Shown: in pieces, positions 30,413-41,096 of the stretch
How the letters are laid out: each line of letters starts with the position of its first letter
Numbering within the stretch: the first letter of the stretch is position 1
Source: a bacterium
GTDB taxonomy: Bacteria; Hinthialibacterota; Hinthialibacteria; Hinthialibacterales; Hinthialibacteraceae
Direction of reading: 5' to 3'
Length of the DNA stretch: 64,000 nucleotides
Assembly: GCA_963662285.2 (NCBI GenBank)
Contig: CAXXMV010000008.1
Location: forward strand, 544,001-608,000
Notes under the pieces: model-generated
Databases searched by the model: none
What the model was told of the DNA's origin: nothing
Seen by the model: only the letters and a program-made list of their open reading frames with translations
Translations under genes and position numbers: made by a program

Positions 30413-32005
30413 TCACACCAGCCCTTCAATAACCCTGCTCCCCAATCCGGGAATCGTCACTTCACGCTGAGCGTCTTTATACAACAATGTCATAGATTTA
30501 CTCTCCTCGCTCAGGTTCCATAAAAGCACTGATTGCGCCGTGGGATACCAGGCGCAGACTACGGGAAGATTTTCCTTCACATAGGGGATGTTTTTTAACA
30601 GATGTATGTTGCGTTGCTTAAAGGCGAATAGAGCATCCAGTGATTCATCTATCGATTCAGCGCCAGCTATAGTATCAGAAACATCAGAACGATGGACGAA
30701 TACAGTTCCATTTGAAATGAGTTTTTTATCCTGTACAGCCTTGGCGTCATAATTGGACAGGAATGTCCAACCATCCTGCGCCGGTTTATCGGTAACCTCG
30801 AACGGAACGCCCGACGCTAAGAACAGGCTGTTCGGTTTATCATCGCCGACCTTACGGCTGTATTCCCCCCAGTAATGCTTGAATAGACCGCGTGGTATGT
30901 GACCAGCTAACTTTTGATGAATATCTGATTGTATTTTCATAGCCGGGCCAATTGTTTCCCAGTGAGAACTTGGAAATGGCGTCAGGCCGCTCATGAACAT
31001 GGTATTGCGCACATCGGCGATGGTTGAAACAACCAGTTTAGCTGCAATATTAAGCGCCGAAAGCGAGTTGGCCGGATAGGCGGTGGTTTCGCTATAAGCC
31101 AGTTCCGGACTAGTGAAGCGGCGGTGCATCAGAGCGCTGAAGAGTTCGTCAGTTTTGCCTTTTACCCGACCAAAAGATTTATCATCAAACATTAACTCGC
31201 CCACGCGGAACAGCGCATCGGAGTAATCCGTCAAACGAATGCCTGCTTTTTCCGCGCCTAGATACATTACCATAATCCCCAGTTTTCCATCGCCCATCAT
31301 TTTTTGCTGAGCTCGGAAAGAACTGGTTAACTCATCACAGGTAAAATTGATCCAATCATTTAGCAGAGCAGTTAAACTACGCTGGCGAACATTACCTAGC
31401 AACTCTTCCCATTTAGGCTCTTTGTATCCATATTTTTGCAGGAAGCGCTTGGCATGATCCTGACAATAACAGCCGCCGATTTGACCCGGACCGATGGCCA
31501 GCCGGAAATCATCATCCAGAAAAATTTCAGAAAAGCCTTCTTTATACAACTTACCAACAGCTTCAGCATTTTCGCTGGTCGCCGGTTTATGCAGCGAGGT
31601 TCCAACATACTGCGAGCCATCAGATTTCATCGCCGCACGCCAGTGCGCTGGCGGCGTCAATGGAAAATCTCCATCCTTGGAACCAAGCGAATCTCCCGGA
31701 TGCCCCAAGGGAATAGTGGCCATGCCCACCGCCATGCCAGCCTGCTCAATCTTACGTCGCGCGGCTTGAATTTTCGCCATTGGATAGGGCCAGTATCCAT
31801 AAAAAAATCCCGGCAGCCAAACAGTATCAATGCCAGCCTTTTTAACGATCTGGATCAAGTCAGGCTCTTGTTCCAATACGTCTGAGTTCAAGCAGACATG
31901 AAAACGGCGTTTTCTAATATCCGACGCTTGCGAACTAGCTGGTAAAAATAATCCAAGACTGGCGGCGCTGGTACATCCAATAAACTGGCGGCGATCCATA
32001 ATCAT
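30413..32005 (-). CDS. Tat-exported hypothetical protein (possible TIM-barrel glycoside hydrolase-like)
   Basis: DRRQFI Tat motif; IFLDDDFR...GGCYC motif; family not recognised with certainty. Confidence 0.65.
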   Translation of the reverse strand: MIMDRRQFIGCTSAASLGLFLPASSQASDIRKRRFHVCLNSDVLEQEPDLIQIVKKAGIDTVWLPGFFYGYWPYPMAKIQAARRKIEQAGMAVGMATIPLGHPGDSLGSKDGDFPLTPPAHWRAAMKSDGSQYVGTSLHKPATSENAEAVGKLYKEGFSEIFLDDDFRLAIGPGQIGGCYCQDHAKRFLQKYGYKEPKWEELLGNVRQRSLTALLNDWINFTCDELTSSFRAQQKMMGDGKLGIMVMYLGAEKAGIRLTDYSDALFRVGELMFDDKSFGRVKGKTDELFSALMHRRFTSPELAYSETTAYPANSLSALNIAAKLVVSTIADVRNTMFMSGLTPFPSSHWETIGPAMKIQSDIHQKLAGHIPRGLFKHYWGEYSRKVGDDKPNSLFLASGVPFEVTDKPAQDGWTFLSNYDAKAVQDKKLISNGTVFVHRSDVSDTIAGAESIDESLDALFAFKQRNIHLLKNIPYVKENLPVVCAWYPTAQSVLLWNLSEESKSMTLLYKDAQREVTIPGLGSRVIEGLV

Positions 32006-32193
32006 CCCTTCCCTGATATGCGTTTTTCCATTTGAACGTCTGTTAGAATATAATGCGTTGAAACAGTAGATATAAGGCTCAGTAAGGCTGGATTATTCCT
32101 CACCTATATATTCTTATATTTACAGAATCGATATAATCTATTCATTACTGCTTTTATCTAAGATAATACATATCTATTCTAGCGAGGCATTTA

Positions 32194-34092
32194 ATGAAAA
32201 CTTTAAGATCATTGTTATTATGTTTGGGATTAATTATTACAACATCATCGATCCATGCGGCGCCGATACAAGACCCCGGTTCGCGTGGAGTGGATTGGGA
32301 TAAAGTTAAACAGAAGGTTGCTAGCCATAAATGGGCGTCGGACATCGTTGATAACCTTAAAGATTCAGTCCACCACACCCAATCGCTTTACGAGCATCCC
32401 CCGCTGGGAACCACTGGCTGGCTGCATGAGTATTACTGCGATGATGACGCCCGCAGACTTACTTTTGATCCCAAGCAACCAACCAGACACGTATGCTCTA
32501 AATGCAAACGGGTTTATTCCGGGCCGCCTTATGATGACTGCTGGCGCTCCATGGTTCATTCAAACATCTCATCCGCCGCCGCCAGTGCAGGCATCCTGTA
32601 CCGCATCACTGGAGAGCAGGAATGGTTAGATTATGCAAAGCAAGTTCTGCTATGGTATGCTGATAATTTCAAAAATTTTAAGCCTCATGGAGAACATGCA
32701 GGAATAGGGATCATCCGCGAACAATCCCTGGACGAAGCAGCCCAGATGGTCAGACTGGCGCAGGCCTATTGGGATATCTGCCCATACCTAACTGCAGAAG
32801 AACGCGAAAACATCGCCAATAATTTCCTGCTGCCTGACGCCCGCTTCATCCATAAGCAAACCAATAAAATTCATAACATCCATAGCTGGCATAACGCCGC
32901 TGTTGGATTGGTGGGATACGCCGTGGGCGATAAAGAATTAGTTTCGGCGGCGATTGACGGGCCGTTTGGTCTGGTTAATCAAATACAGAAAGGCGTTAAA
33001 CAGGACGGCTTCTGGTTTGAAGGCTCCATCGGCTACCATTTCTACACCATCTCATCGCTTGAGCCTTTATATATTGCAGCGCGCGCTCAAGGACATCCAC
33101 TGGCAGGCGCCGATAAATTCAAATTGATGTTCACCGCCCTTATCGAGTTCGCCTTTGATAATGCAGAATTCCCCGCCGCCAATGACGGGTGGGTTGGGCA
33201 GTCGCTCTTGGCTAATACCAGTCAATTTGAAACTGCCGCCGGTTTATGGGATGATCCACTGATCCATTCCACTCTGGCCTATATTGCACAAGGAAAAAAA
33301 CGATCATCCCTGCCCGCTTTGTTATATGGCGTTGATGAAATTGATTCAGCGCAAACCAAAACGAGTAAAAGCGTACTATTCAAAGATTCGGGCATCGCCA
33401 TTCTCCGCAAGAATAAGGTTAACGCTTACCTGAAATTCAGTCCTTACGGCGGGGGACACGATCACCTCGACCGGCTTAACCTGATACTTTTCGGACAGGA
33501 CAATGTCATAGTTCCCGATCTGGGCACGTCGGGTTATGGCATTGATTTAAACAAATGGTTCCGCTCTTCCGCCGCCCATAACATGCTGACGGTTGATGGC
33601 CAACGGCAGCAGAAATGCGGGGGATATCTGATCTCTTATGAAGAGGACTGCGTCAAAGCCGGAGTAAAAGACGCTTACGCGGGCGTTGATATCCAGCGCG
33701 AAATTTCAATGCTGGATAACGGAATCACCGACATTATTCAAGCCAGTTCCAACGACAAGCATCAATACGACCTCTTCTATCACATTCGCGGCGACCTCAA
33801 AGAGTGCAACCTTAAACTTGAAAAAACCGGATCATTCAAGCAATCCAACGGATACGATTATCTGCGCAATATCCGTAAGGCGGACTGCCCCGGCGAACTA
33901 CGCCTGACCTGGGCTTTGCGGGACGCGCCGGGATTTATATCTTTCCATTGTAAGTCGGATCAACCATTCGAGGTTATGGTGGGCGATTGCCCTGATAACC
34001 CAGCGGATAATAAACTGGGTTTCATTATGCTGCACACTAATGATGCTAATGCTAAATGGACTACTGAAATCCATATTCAACCGCAAAAATGA
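32194..34092 (+). CDS. Heparinase II/III-domain polysaccharide lyase (oligo-alginate lyase-like)
   Basis: Signal peptide; QSLDEA, IHNIHSW, DGFWFEGSIGYHFY, GGGHDHLD, AHNMLTVDG. Confidence 0.82.
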   Translation: MKTLRSLLLCLGLIITTSSIHAAPIQDPGSRGVDWDKVKQKVASHKWASDIVDNLKDSVHHTQSLYEHPPLGTTGWLHEYYCDDDARRLTFDPKQPTRHVCSKCKRVYSGPPYDDCWRSMVHSNISSAAASAGILYRITGEQEWLDYAKQVLLWYADNFKNFKPHGEHAGIGIIREQSLDEAAQMVRLAQAYWDICPYLTAEERENIANNFLLPDARFIHKQTNKIHNIHSWHNAAVGLVGYAVGDKELVSAAIDGPFGLVNQIQKGVKQDGFWFEGSIGYHFYTISSLEPLYIAARAQGHPLAGADKFKLMFTALIEFAFDNAEFPAANDGWVGQSLLANTSQFETAAGLWDDPLIHSTLAYIAQGKKRSSLPALLYGVDEIDSAQTKTSKSVLFKDSGIAILRKNKVNAYLKFSPYGGGHDHLDRLNLILFGQDNVIVPDLGTSGYGIDLNKWFRSSAAHNMLTVDGQRQQKCGGYLISYEEDCVKAGVKDAYAGVDIQREISMLDNGITDIIQASSNDKHQYDLFYHIRGDLKECNLKLEKTGSFKQSNGYDYLRNIRKADCPGELRLTWALRDAPGFISFHCKSDQPFEVMVGDCPDNPADNKLGFIMLHTNDANAKWTTEIHIQPQK

Positions 34093-34128
34093 TTTGAGAA
34101 TTTAAATGGAATGTAAAAAGAGGACGTT

Positions 34129-35523
34129 ATGAACCATACCCGCAGAGATTTCATAAAAACCACTGGATTGGGAATAGCATCGGGAATGCTCTCTACAGAT
34201 GCGATGTCCAGCGAGAACCGTGTATCAACCAAGCGTCCCAATATTCTATTATTTCTACCGGATCAACACCGTTTTGACTGGATCGGAACGACGCCGCATA
34301 TCCCGGTGCGCACTCCAGCGCTGGATGCTCTAGCCCTTCGCGGCGCCCGGTTCACCCGTGCAGTCTGCCCTTCACCATTATGCGCCCCGTCACGCGCCTG
34401 TCTGGCCGCTGGCAAGGAATACGACAACTGCCGCGTAGCCAGTAATGGAGTCGATTACCCCCTCGACCAGCCCACCTTTTATACAATGTTGCGCGAGTCG
34501 GGCTACAACGTTATGGGCTGCGGCAAATTTGATCTGCACAAAGCGTCGCAAACCTGGGGGCTTGAGGGAAAGCATCTGCTGCCCGAATGGGGCTTCTCCG
34601 ACGGCATTGATAACGCTGGAAAGTGGGATGCCATCAACAGCGGCAAAGATGCTCCCAAAGACCCATACATGGCTTACCTGCATGACAGCGGCCTGGTCGA
34701 TGTTCATGTAAAAGATTTCCAGAGCAGACGCAAGGAGGGCAAGTCAGCCGCTTTCGCCACTCCCCTGCCCGACCGGGCGTATTGCGATAACTGGATCGGC
34801 CAGAATGGACTGAACCTGTTAGATAATGCCAAAACCGATCAATCCTGGTTTATGCAGGTCAATTTCACCGGCCCGCACGACCCCTGGGATATCACCCATA
34901 GCATGAAGCAGTTATATCAAGATATAAATTTTAATCAGCCCAACCGCAATACCCAGTTCACCGCCCGGCAGCATAACGAAGTAAGGCGCAATTATTCAGC
35001 TATGGTGGAGAACATCGACCGCTGGTTATCAGTCTATATCGATCAAATCAAAAAACGCGGCGAGTGGGAAAACACCCTGATCGTCTACAGCAGCGATCAT
35101 GGCGAAATGCTGGGCGACCATAACATGTGGGGCAAATCCAAACCACACCAACCATCCATCGGCATCCCGTTAACAATAGCTGGGCCTGGAGTGAAGCATG
35201 GCATAATCAGCGACGCCCTGGTCAGCCTGATGGACCTGACCGCCACCTTCCTGAACTACGCCGATCTACCCGTCCCCCAGAATATGGATAGCCGCTCGCT
35301 GATCCCTGTACTCACAGGTGCACAAACCAAACACCGGGATATCCTAAAATCCGGCCTGAACAATTGGAGAACCGTGTTCGACGGCCAATACAAACTAGTA
35401 GAAGGCTACGGTAAAACCAAAGAACCGCTGCTGTTTGATATGCTCTATGATCCTTTGGAGAATAATAATATTGCGGGGAAGGCGGAGAAACACTTAAAAA
35501 GGATGAGAGAGATGCTAGCGTGA
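34129..35523 (+). CDS. Sulfatase (S1, choline-sulfatase-like), Tat-exported
   Basis: TRRDFIK; DQHR, CAPSRA, GPHDP, SDHGEMLGDH. Confidence 0.92.
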   Translation: MNHTRRDFIKTTGLGIASGMLSTDAMSSENRVSTKRPNILLFLPDQHRFDWIGTTPHIPVRTPALDALALRGARFTRAVCPSPLCAPSRACLAAGKEYDNCRVASNGVDYPLDQPTFYTMLRESGYNVMGCGKFDLHKASQTWGLEGKHLLPEWGFSDGIDNAGKWDAINSGKDAPKDPYMAYLHDSGLVDVHVKDFQSRRKEGKSAAFATPLPDRAYCDNWIGQNGLNLLDNAKTDQSWFMQVNFTGPHDPWDITHSMKQLYQDINFNQPNRNTQFTARQHNEVRRNYSAMVENIDRWLSVYIDQIKKRGEWENTLIVYSSDHGEMLGDHNMWGKSKPHQPSIGIPLTIAGPGVKHGIISDALVSLMDLTATFLNYADLPVPQNMDSRSLIPVLTGAQTKHRDILKSGLNNWRTVFDGQYKLVEGYGKTKEPLLFDMLYDPLENNNIAGKAEKHLKRMREMLA

Positions 35524-35708
35524 GTTTACTACGAAAAAGTTTCTTGATGCGGATGGGCGCCAAGGGCAAGACCTCAATGTGTCCAGCCCTTTTTGCTATT
35601 ACTTATGTTATTGAATTCCCTCAAGGATTGGTTTTGCTACGGTCAACTCTTAATCGAGGTGTGTATAGAAGAGCCAAACGCATTATATCCCATAGCCAGA
35701 ATCCCTTC

Positions 35709-36020
35709 TTAAGGTAACAAATTCTTGATTTTAACGTGGGTTTGGTCTGGAGTTTTGATAAAAATTTCCAATTCACATCCCATTGCTTCAACATAGTTAT
35801 TTAAGGTTGACAATAACATATCGGGACGATTCTCGAGGTTGGAAACGCTTACTTGCTTAACGCTCAGGTTTTCAGCAAGATCGTTTTGCGTCAATTTGAG
35901 TCCTTTACGCAATTCCTGGAGAGTTTGATATTCTGTTATATATTCGTCCGCTTTCGCCTTAATCTCTTTTTGGCGTTTAGGAGAGATTTCTTTCATCACA
36001 TCTTTTAAAGGAATTCCCAT
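35709..36020 (-). CDS. XRE/HTH antitoxin (HigA-like)
   Basis: LQELRKGLKLTQNDLA...VSNLENRPDMLLSTL; directly downstream of the toxin gene. Confidence 0.88.
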   Translation of the reverse strand: MGIPLKDVMKEISPKRQKEIKAKADEYITEYQTLQELRKGLKLTQNDLAENLSVKQVSVSNLENRPDMLLSTLNNYVEAMGCELEIFIKTPDQTHVKIKNLLP

Positions 36021-36021
36021 T

Positions 36022-36381
36022 TCAACAGCCTTTCTTTAACTCAGACAAATGTTCATCAAAACGCTTATCCGCTTTCCTTATTAAATCCATATAAAAAAGT
36101 TTAGCGTTCCTACCTGCTTTATCTCCCGCCACTAACAAAACAGCTTTTCTTTCGGGATCGAAAGCAAAAGCTACACGCCAAACTCCATCGTCAACATCCA
36201 GCCTGAGTTCCTTCATATTCGCATGCCTAGAATTCTTCAGGGTATCAATATGCGGTCGACCCAGCCGGGGACCAACTACCTCAAGTAATAAAGATTTAGC
36301 AAGAATGTGATCCTGCAATTTCCCGGAGTATTCTCTGAATTCAACCAAAAAAGCAGGATGAAATTCTACTTTCCATTTCAT
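36022..36381 (-). CDS. RelE/ParE-superfamily toxin (HigB/Gp49-like)
   Basis: GPRLGRPHIDTLKNSRHANMKELR...WRVAFAFDPERKAVLLVAGDK; toxin-first gene order. Confidence 0.88.
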   Translation of the reverse strand: MKWKVEFHPAFLVEFREYSGKLQDHILAKSLLLEVVGPRLGRPHIDTLKNSRHANMKELRLDVDDGVWRVAFAFDPERKAVLLVAGDKAGRNAKLFYMDLIRKADKRFDEHLSELKKGC

Positions 36382-36557
36382 AAATTATAACCTGTAAGAT
36401 ATATAGTGCATAGGCTATATTTGACTAATCTTATTAGAATTACTAGTACGAATGGGCGCCAAGAGCAATATAGTAATTCAAAATCCCCCAAAAGACGATA
36501 TATATTCAAATCACCCCACCCCTTCAAAAATCCAAAAATCCGGTATATAAAAAAGCC

Positions 36558-37139
36558 ATGAAAATACCAATAATCATAAGTTTAATCTTAGCAATTCTAA
36601 TTGCCATCGCGGTTGTTACGTTGTTGGTTTTGCCAAAAAAGGCAATCACTGAAGCGGAACAATTAGAGTTTGATATTATTAAAGCTCTGAGCGATCAATC
36701 CAAAGTCAAAGCGCAGAGCCAAAATGAGTTTTTTGAGGATAATCTGCCTGAGCGTCCCCGTATTGCAGGTACAGTAGCCAGAGGTGAGTGGAGCGCTAAT
36801 CCCATGATTCTCAATGGGACGCTCAATGGTCAATGGGCTGCCGTTATCCCCATAAAAATCACGCCTTCGTTTACCGAGCAAGGCAAGAAGCAATATGCCG
36901 TGTTTTGCGCGTCATGTCATGGCGACCTTGGAGAGGGCGACGGACCAGTAGCGCTTCATACCCGAAAGAACAGTTCATTCGATTCCCCTCCCTCTATAAC
37001 GGGAAAATCCATAACCCAAAAACCCGTAGGCTATTATTTCAACCTAATTTCCAAAGGCGGCGCCAAAATGCCCGCCTTCAGCGGAAAAATATCGCCCCAG
37101 GATAGATGGGCAATCCTCTCCTACATAAAATCCCTTTGA
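36558..37139 (+). CDS. Membrane-anchored monoheme cytochrome c (ActE-like)
   Basis: N-terminal TM; GTVARG; CASCHG heme motif; distal Met (KMPAF); DRWAI. Confidence 0.82.
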   Translation: MKIPIIISLILAILIAIAVVTLLVLPKKAITEAEQLEFDIIKALSDQSKVKAQSQNEFFEDNLPERPRIAGTVARGEWSANPMILNGTLNGQWAAVIPIKITPSFTEQGKKQYAVFCASCHGDLGEGDGPVALHTRKNSSFDSPPSITGKSITQKPVGYYFNLISKGGAKMPAFSGKISPQDRWAILSYIKSL

Positions 37140-37418
37140 AAGATTGCCTCTGTGGATAGTGGATAGTGGGGAGTGGGGAGCATCGGCTTCCAGCCGGTGT
37201 GCGTCAAATTGGATTAAATCATATCACTCCGACCAATACTAATTAATAACTATACTAGCCGATCAAATAACTCAAACGATAATTATTGTTGAAGCATGCG
37301 GGACTTTTCAGATTAGCTAGAACGAACGTCCTAGGAAAACGCTAACAAAACAGTATAATTAATCCCGATCTGAAATCCCGCGAAAAATCTTCTATATACA
37401 TTTGCCAGGAGAATCATC

Positions 37419-38540
37419 GTGTTTCGTAAAAATTCGTCCAATCGACGTGACTTTTTCCAGGGCGGCATGAATCAATTCTGGAACCGGATATCCGGCCCTT
37501 CAGAATCTTCCGCCGCACAAGGAATTAGTGAATCCCTCGCCTTTCTAGGTTTGGACAAAACCTACGTCCGCCTACGCCGCGAGGCCATGTCGACTGACAT
37601 CGAAGTGCTCTATTGCAACTACGAAAAGATGGAAAAACGGCGCACAGGGATGAAAATCCTCGCCGAAATCGATTATTACGATGAACTTCTCAATATCTGG
37701 AAAGGCGAATCTGATCTCAACGCCATAAATGAGACCGCCGCCAAGGAACCGGTAACGGTTTGCGACGACATCTACCGGATGATAAAACTGGCGAAAAAGT
37801 TTTATGCTCAAACCAATGGCGCCTTTGATATCACCGCCACTCCATTGGTGCGCTGTTGGGGATTTTTTAATCGCGCAGGCCGCGTTCCAGAACAAAAGGA
37901 GATCGATAAAGCGCTGGAATGCGTAGGGATGGATTACGTTGAACTCAATGATAGAAAAAAAACAGTTTACTTTACAAAACCTGGAGTAGAATTAACCCCG
38001 GCCAGTATGGGTAAAGGATACGCCCTGGATTGCGCTGTCAAAGTATCGCGTGAAAACGGCCTCAAGACAGTATTGATCAACGGAGGCTTCAGCAGCGTTA
38101 TCGCTTCGGGAGCGCCAAAATGGCGCGATTCGTGGCAAATCGATATTCGCAACCCATTCGATCATAATAATCCCCTGGCCCGCGTAAAATTGCTTAATCA
38201 AGGTTTCTCTTCTTCCGGGACGGAAATCCAGAAGTTCGAACATCAAGGAAAATCATACGGGCATATCATCGATCCCCGCACCGGATGGCCTGTAAATAAC
38301 ATGGTTAACGTCTGCGTCACAGCGCCGACAGCAGCCGAAGCGGAAGCCTTATCCACCGCTTTCCATGTGATGGGGGTTGAGAAAACATTAGAATACTGTG
38401 AAAATCACAAAGAAATCGGAGTTATGATTCTTCGCACCCCTGACGAAAAGGGACGCGCCAAGTTCATTACCTCGAATCTTAATAATGACCGCGTGGAGGT
38501 ATTAAGATCATCGTGTCAAGTTTGCCGCGTTACAACCTAA
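37419..38540 (+). CDS. apbE: FAD:protein FMN transferase
   Basis: GAFDIT..PL...WGF, GKGYALD, SSSG, HIIDPRTG, AEALSTA. Confidence 0.9.
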   Translation: MFRKNSSNRRDFFQGGMNQFWNRISGPSESSAAQGISESLAFLGLDKTYVRLRREAMSTDIEVLYCNYEKMEKRRTGMKILAEIDYYDELLNIWKGESDLNAINETAAKEPVTVCDDIYRMIKLAKKFYAQTNGAFDITATPLVRCWGFFNRAGRVPEQKEIDKALECVGMDYVELNDRKKTVYFTKPGVELTPASMGKGYALDCAVKVSRENGLKTVLINGGFSSVIASGAPKWRDSWQIDIRNPFDHNNPLARVKLLNQGFSSSGTEIQKFEHQGKSYGHIIDPRTGWPVNNMVNVCVTAPTAAEAEALSTAFHVMGVEKTLEYCENHKEIGVMILRTPDEKGRAKFITSNLNNDRVEVLRSSCQVCRVTT

Positions 38541-39121
38541 CTGGAGTCCAGCAATTCTTTTTCGTATTGCTGCGGATCGGTATCGGTTGGCATTTCCTGC
38601 GTGAAGGAATCGTGAAACTCTCACATCCTACCTGGAGCGCCATCGGATATCTGAATGGTTCATGGGGACCACTATCAGGTCTATATCACTGGATTGGCCA
38701 AAATGAGTTAATGCTGAATATATCCAATTTCTGCATGCCATGGGCGTTAACTCTAGTCGGACTGGGATTAATGCTTGGTTTGTTTACAAGGTTATCCATC
38801 TTAGGCGCCGTAGGCCTTTTGGTGATGTTTTACACAGCCGCCCCCCCTATCGAGGCTATGCCTCCTTACGAAGCATGGGGCGTTGAAGGCTTTAAGTTTG
38901 CGCCTTATATGATCTCGTTGCAACATGCCCAATGGGCTGGTCAGCACATGATCGGTTGCGAAGGCAACTATATGCTGGTTAACAAAAACCTGCTCGAGAT
39001 GCTAGCTCTGTTCGCTCTGTTGACGGTTAACACTGGAATGAGTTGCGGACTAGATGTTTATGTTCGACGCTTCTTCTGCAAAGAAGAAAAATCATCAGTT
39101 CCTAAACCAGCGGAATCTTGA
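38513..39121 (+). CDS. DoxX/DoxD-family membrane protein
   Basis: LRIGIGWHFLREGIVK...WSAIGYL...GLMLGLFTRL...EGNYMLVNKNLLE. Confidence 0.85.
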   Translation: MSSLPRYNLTGVQQFFFVLLRIGIGWHFLREGIVKLSHPTWSAIGYLNGSWGPLSGLYHWIGQNELMLNISNFCMPWALTLVGLGLMLGLFTRLSILGAVGLLVMFYTAAPPIEAMPPYEAWGVEGFKFAPYMISLQHAQWAGQHMIGCEGNYMLVNKNLLEMLALFALLTVNTGMSCGLDVYVRRFFCKEEKSSVPKPAES

Positions 39122-39210
39122 TTACAAGAGACATTAAGGCATAATCAATAAGTTATACAAAATCAATAAGATAATCAAAAATATTTGGATATATAAGAAA
39201 GGAACACATC

Positions 39211-40626
39211 ATGCAGTTGACTGAAGCTGATAAAGCGATAGGCCGCAGGAATTTTCTCAAAGCTGCGGCGGCTCTCCCAGCCGTTGGGGCGTTTGCATAT
39301 ACCGCCGCACATGCTGGACCTCTTAAAATTGGAGTAGTTGGAACAGGAGCGGAAGGTCGCATCCTGATTAATTCCATGAACCGCAAGTACAACCAGATCG
39401 TGGCTATGTGCGATATCCGTCCTGACAACAGTGAATTTGGCGAATGGACCATTGTTCAAGCAGGGCATGCCAAAAAAGGCGAATTACGTCTTTATACCGA
39501 TTACAAGGAACTTTGCCGCGACCCGGAAGTAGAAGCTATAGTAATCGCGACTCCTCTTCATACTCACGCTCCCATCGCCATAGAAGCCATGAAAAACGGC
39601 AAGCACGTTATGACCGAAAAAACCATGGCTTTCTCGGTTGCAGAGTGCGAAGAGATGATCAAGGTTTCTGAAGAAAATAACGTCAACCTTCAGGTGGGTC
39701 ACATGCGCTTCTACAACCCGCTGTATTGGGACGCTTTCCGCATGATGAAAGATGGCATGTTGGGCAATGTTTACCACGTCCGCGCTATGTGGCACCGTAA
39801 CACCGACTGGAACTATTGGGCGCATGTCGAAAACAAAAAATACTACAACATGATCGCCAAGGGATTCGATCCTACGCAGTTTGGCTACAAAGACCTCCAG
39901 CACATGATCAACTGGCGCTGGTACAAAGAGACCTCTCATGGTCTTTGGACCGAACTTTGCAGCCATCAGATCGCTATCACCAACTGGTTGTTCGGCGACA
40001 AAGACGGCGATGTTCTTCCTACTTCCGTTATGGCTACTGGCGGAAAATACAAGAGCTTCGCCGATCAGGAAGAATTGAAATACTACGAGATGAAATTCAA
40101 CAAGAATGACCTCAAGTGGAAATTCAACTACACCAAAAAAGATGACGATGAAAAGACTATCAACGATCACATCTACGCCATCTTCCAGTATCCCAAAAAC
40201 CGTACAGTAACCTATTCAGCCCTACAGAGTAACTCGCTGGATAACTGCTACGAACAAATCATGGGTACTTACGCCACCATCATCCTGGCCAATGAGAACG
40301 AATACTATCTCTATTGGGAACCGGGTTGGGATGAAACCAAAGCCAAGAAAGCCGCTGAAGGCCAGGCTACTGAAGTCGAAATGAGTGAAGAGAACAAAGA
40401 AGGTTCAGCTATGTCAGCCCACGAATCCGCCAAAGCAACTGGCGGCGGCGGCGCTTCCGACATGAGCCCGACCGAGCCTTACACATACGAACTGATGGGC
40501 TTCGCCGACACTATCCGTCGCGGCGCTCCAAACCTATGCGATGGAAAACGCGGCATGATGGCAGCCAAAGCCGTCTATGCTGCACAGGAAGCATTGAAAA
40601 CCGGAAAGCCAGTAAAAATTTCCTAA
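39211..40626 (+). CDS. Gfo/Idh/MocA oxidoreductase, Tat-like leader
   Basis: GRRNFLK; GTGAEG; ATPLHTH; TEKTMA; ELCSHQ. Confidence 0.9.
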   Translation: MQLTEADKAIGRRNFLKAAAALPAVGAFAYTAAHAGPLKIGVVGTGAEGRILINSMNRKYNQIVAMCDIRPDNSEFGEWTIVQAGHAKKGELRLYTDYKELCRDPEVEAIVIATPLHTHAPIAIEAMKNGKHVMTEKTMAFSVAECEEMIKVSEENNVNLQVGHMRFYNPLYWDAFRMMKDGMLGNVYHVRAMWHRNTDWNYWAHVENKKYYNMIAKGFDPTQFGYKDLQHMINWRWYKETSHGLWTELCSHQIAITNWLFGDKDGDVLPTSVMATGGKYKSFADQEELKYYEMKFNKNDLKWKFNYTKKDDDEKTINDHIYAIFQYPKNRTVTYSALQSNSLDNCYEQIMGTYATIILANENEYYLYWEPGWDETKAKKAAEGQATEVEMSEENKEGSAMSAHESAKATGGGGASDMSPTEPYTYELMGFADTIRRGAPNLCDGKRGMMAAKAVYAAQEALKTGKPVKIS

Positions 40627-40655
40627 TTCAGGCTTCCAACTGTTGCAAAAACAAT

Positions 40656-40688
40656 ATCCCCGGCCTGCAAAGGCCGGGGATTTTTTTC
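40656..40688 (+). terminator. Rho-independent terminator of apbE-doxX-gfo operon
   Basis: ATCCCCGGCC-TGCAAA-GGCCGGGGAT followed by a T run. Confidence 0.85.
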
Positions 40689-41096
40689 TATTAATTTCTT
40701 TCATCTAAACCCACAATAAATATCCTTATAAATTACTTATATTATTAATCTTAACCTAAATAACATTATACCAATTATAACCATATTAAATAGATAGACT
40801 CTCCCTTGGTCTATGACGCAAGGGCGCCAAGGGTAGTGTATTTTCTACCCTTGAAAGCCACTTATGTTTTATTAAATCACCCAAGCTTAGTGGGTAACGG
40901 GTATTCTGGAGCGGGGAGCATCGGCTTCTAGCCGGTGCGTCAAAGCAAAAGAAACCTTCCTCACCCCGCAATACTCTTGGCGCCCATCTATTTTTGTATT
41001 TTTGGTTATTTTAATGCATAGTTTGGACGTGACAAATTTTATTTGTCCGAAAATTAATGTTATTATTGCTATCTGACTATTTATTAAAGTCAGATG

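Noticed and set aside
37152-37180. Heptamer tandem repeats (GTGGATA/GTGGGGA) as a regulatory array
   Set aside because: They are short low-complexity extensions of the adjacent family-C REP, echoed at 42290-42365, with no independent evidence of function.
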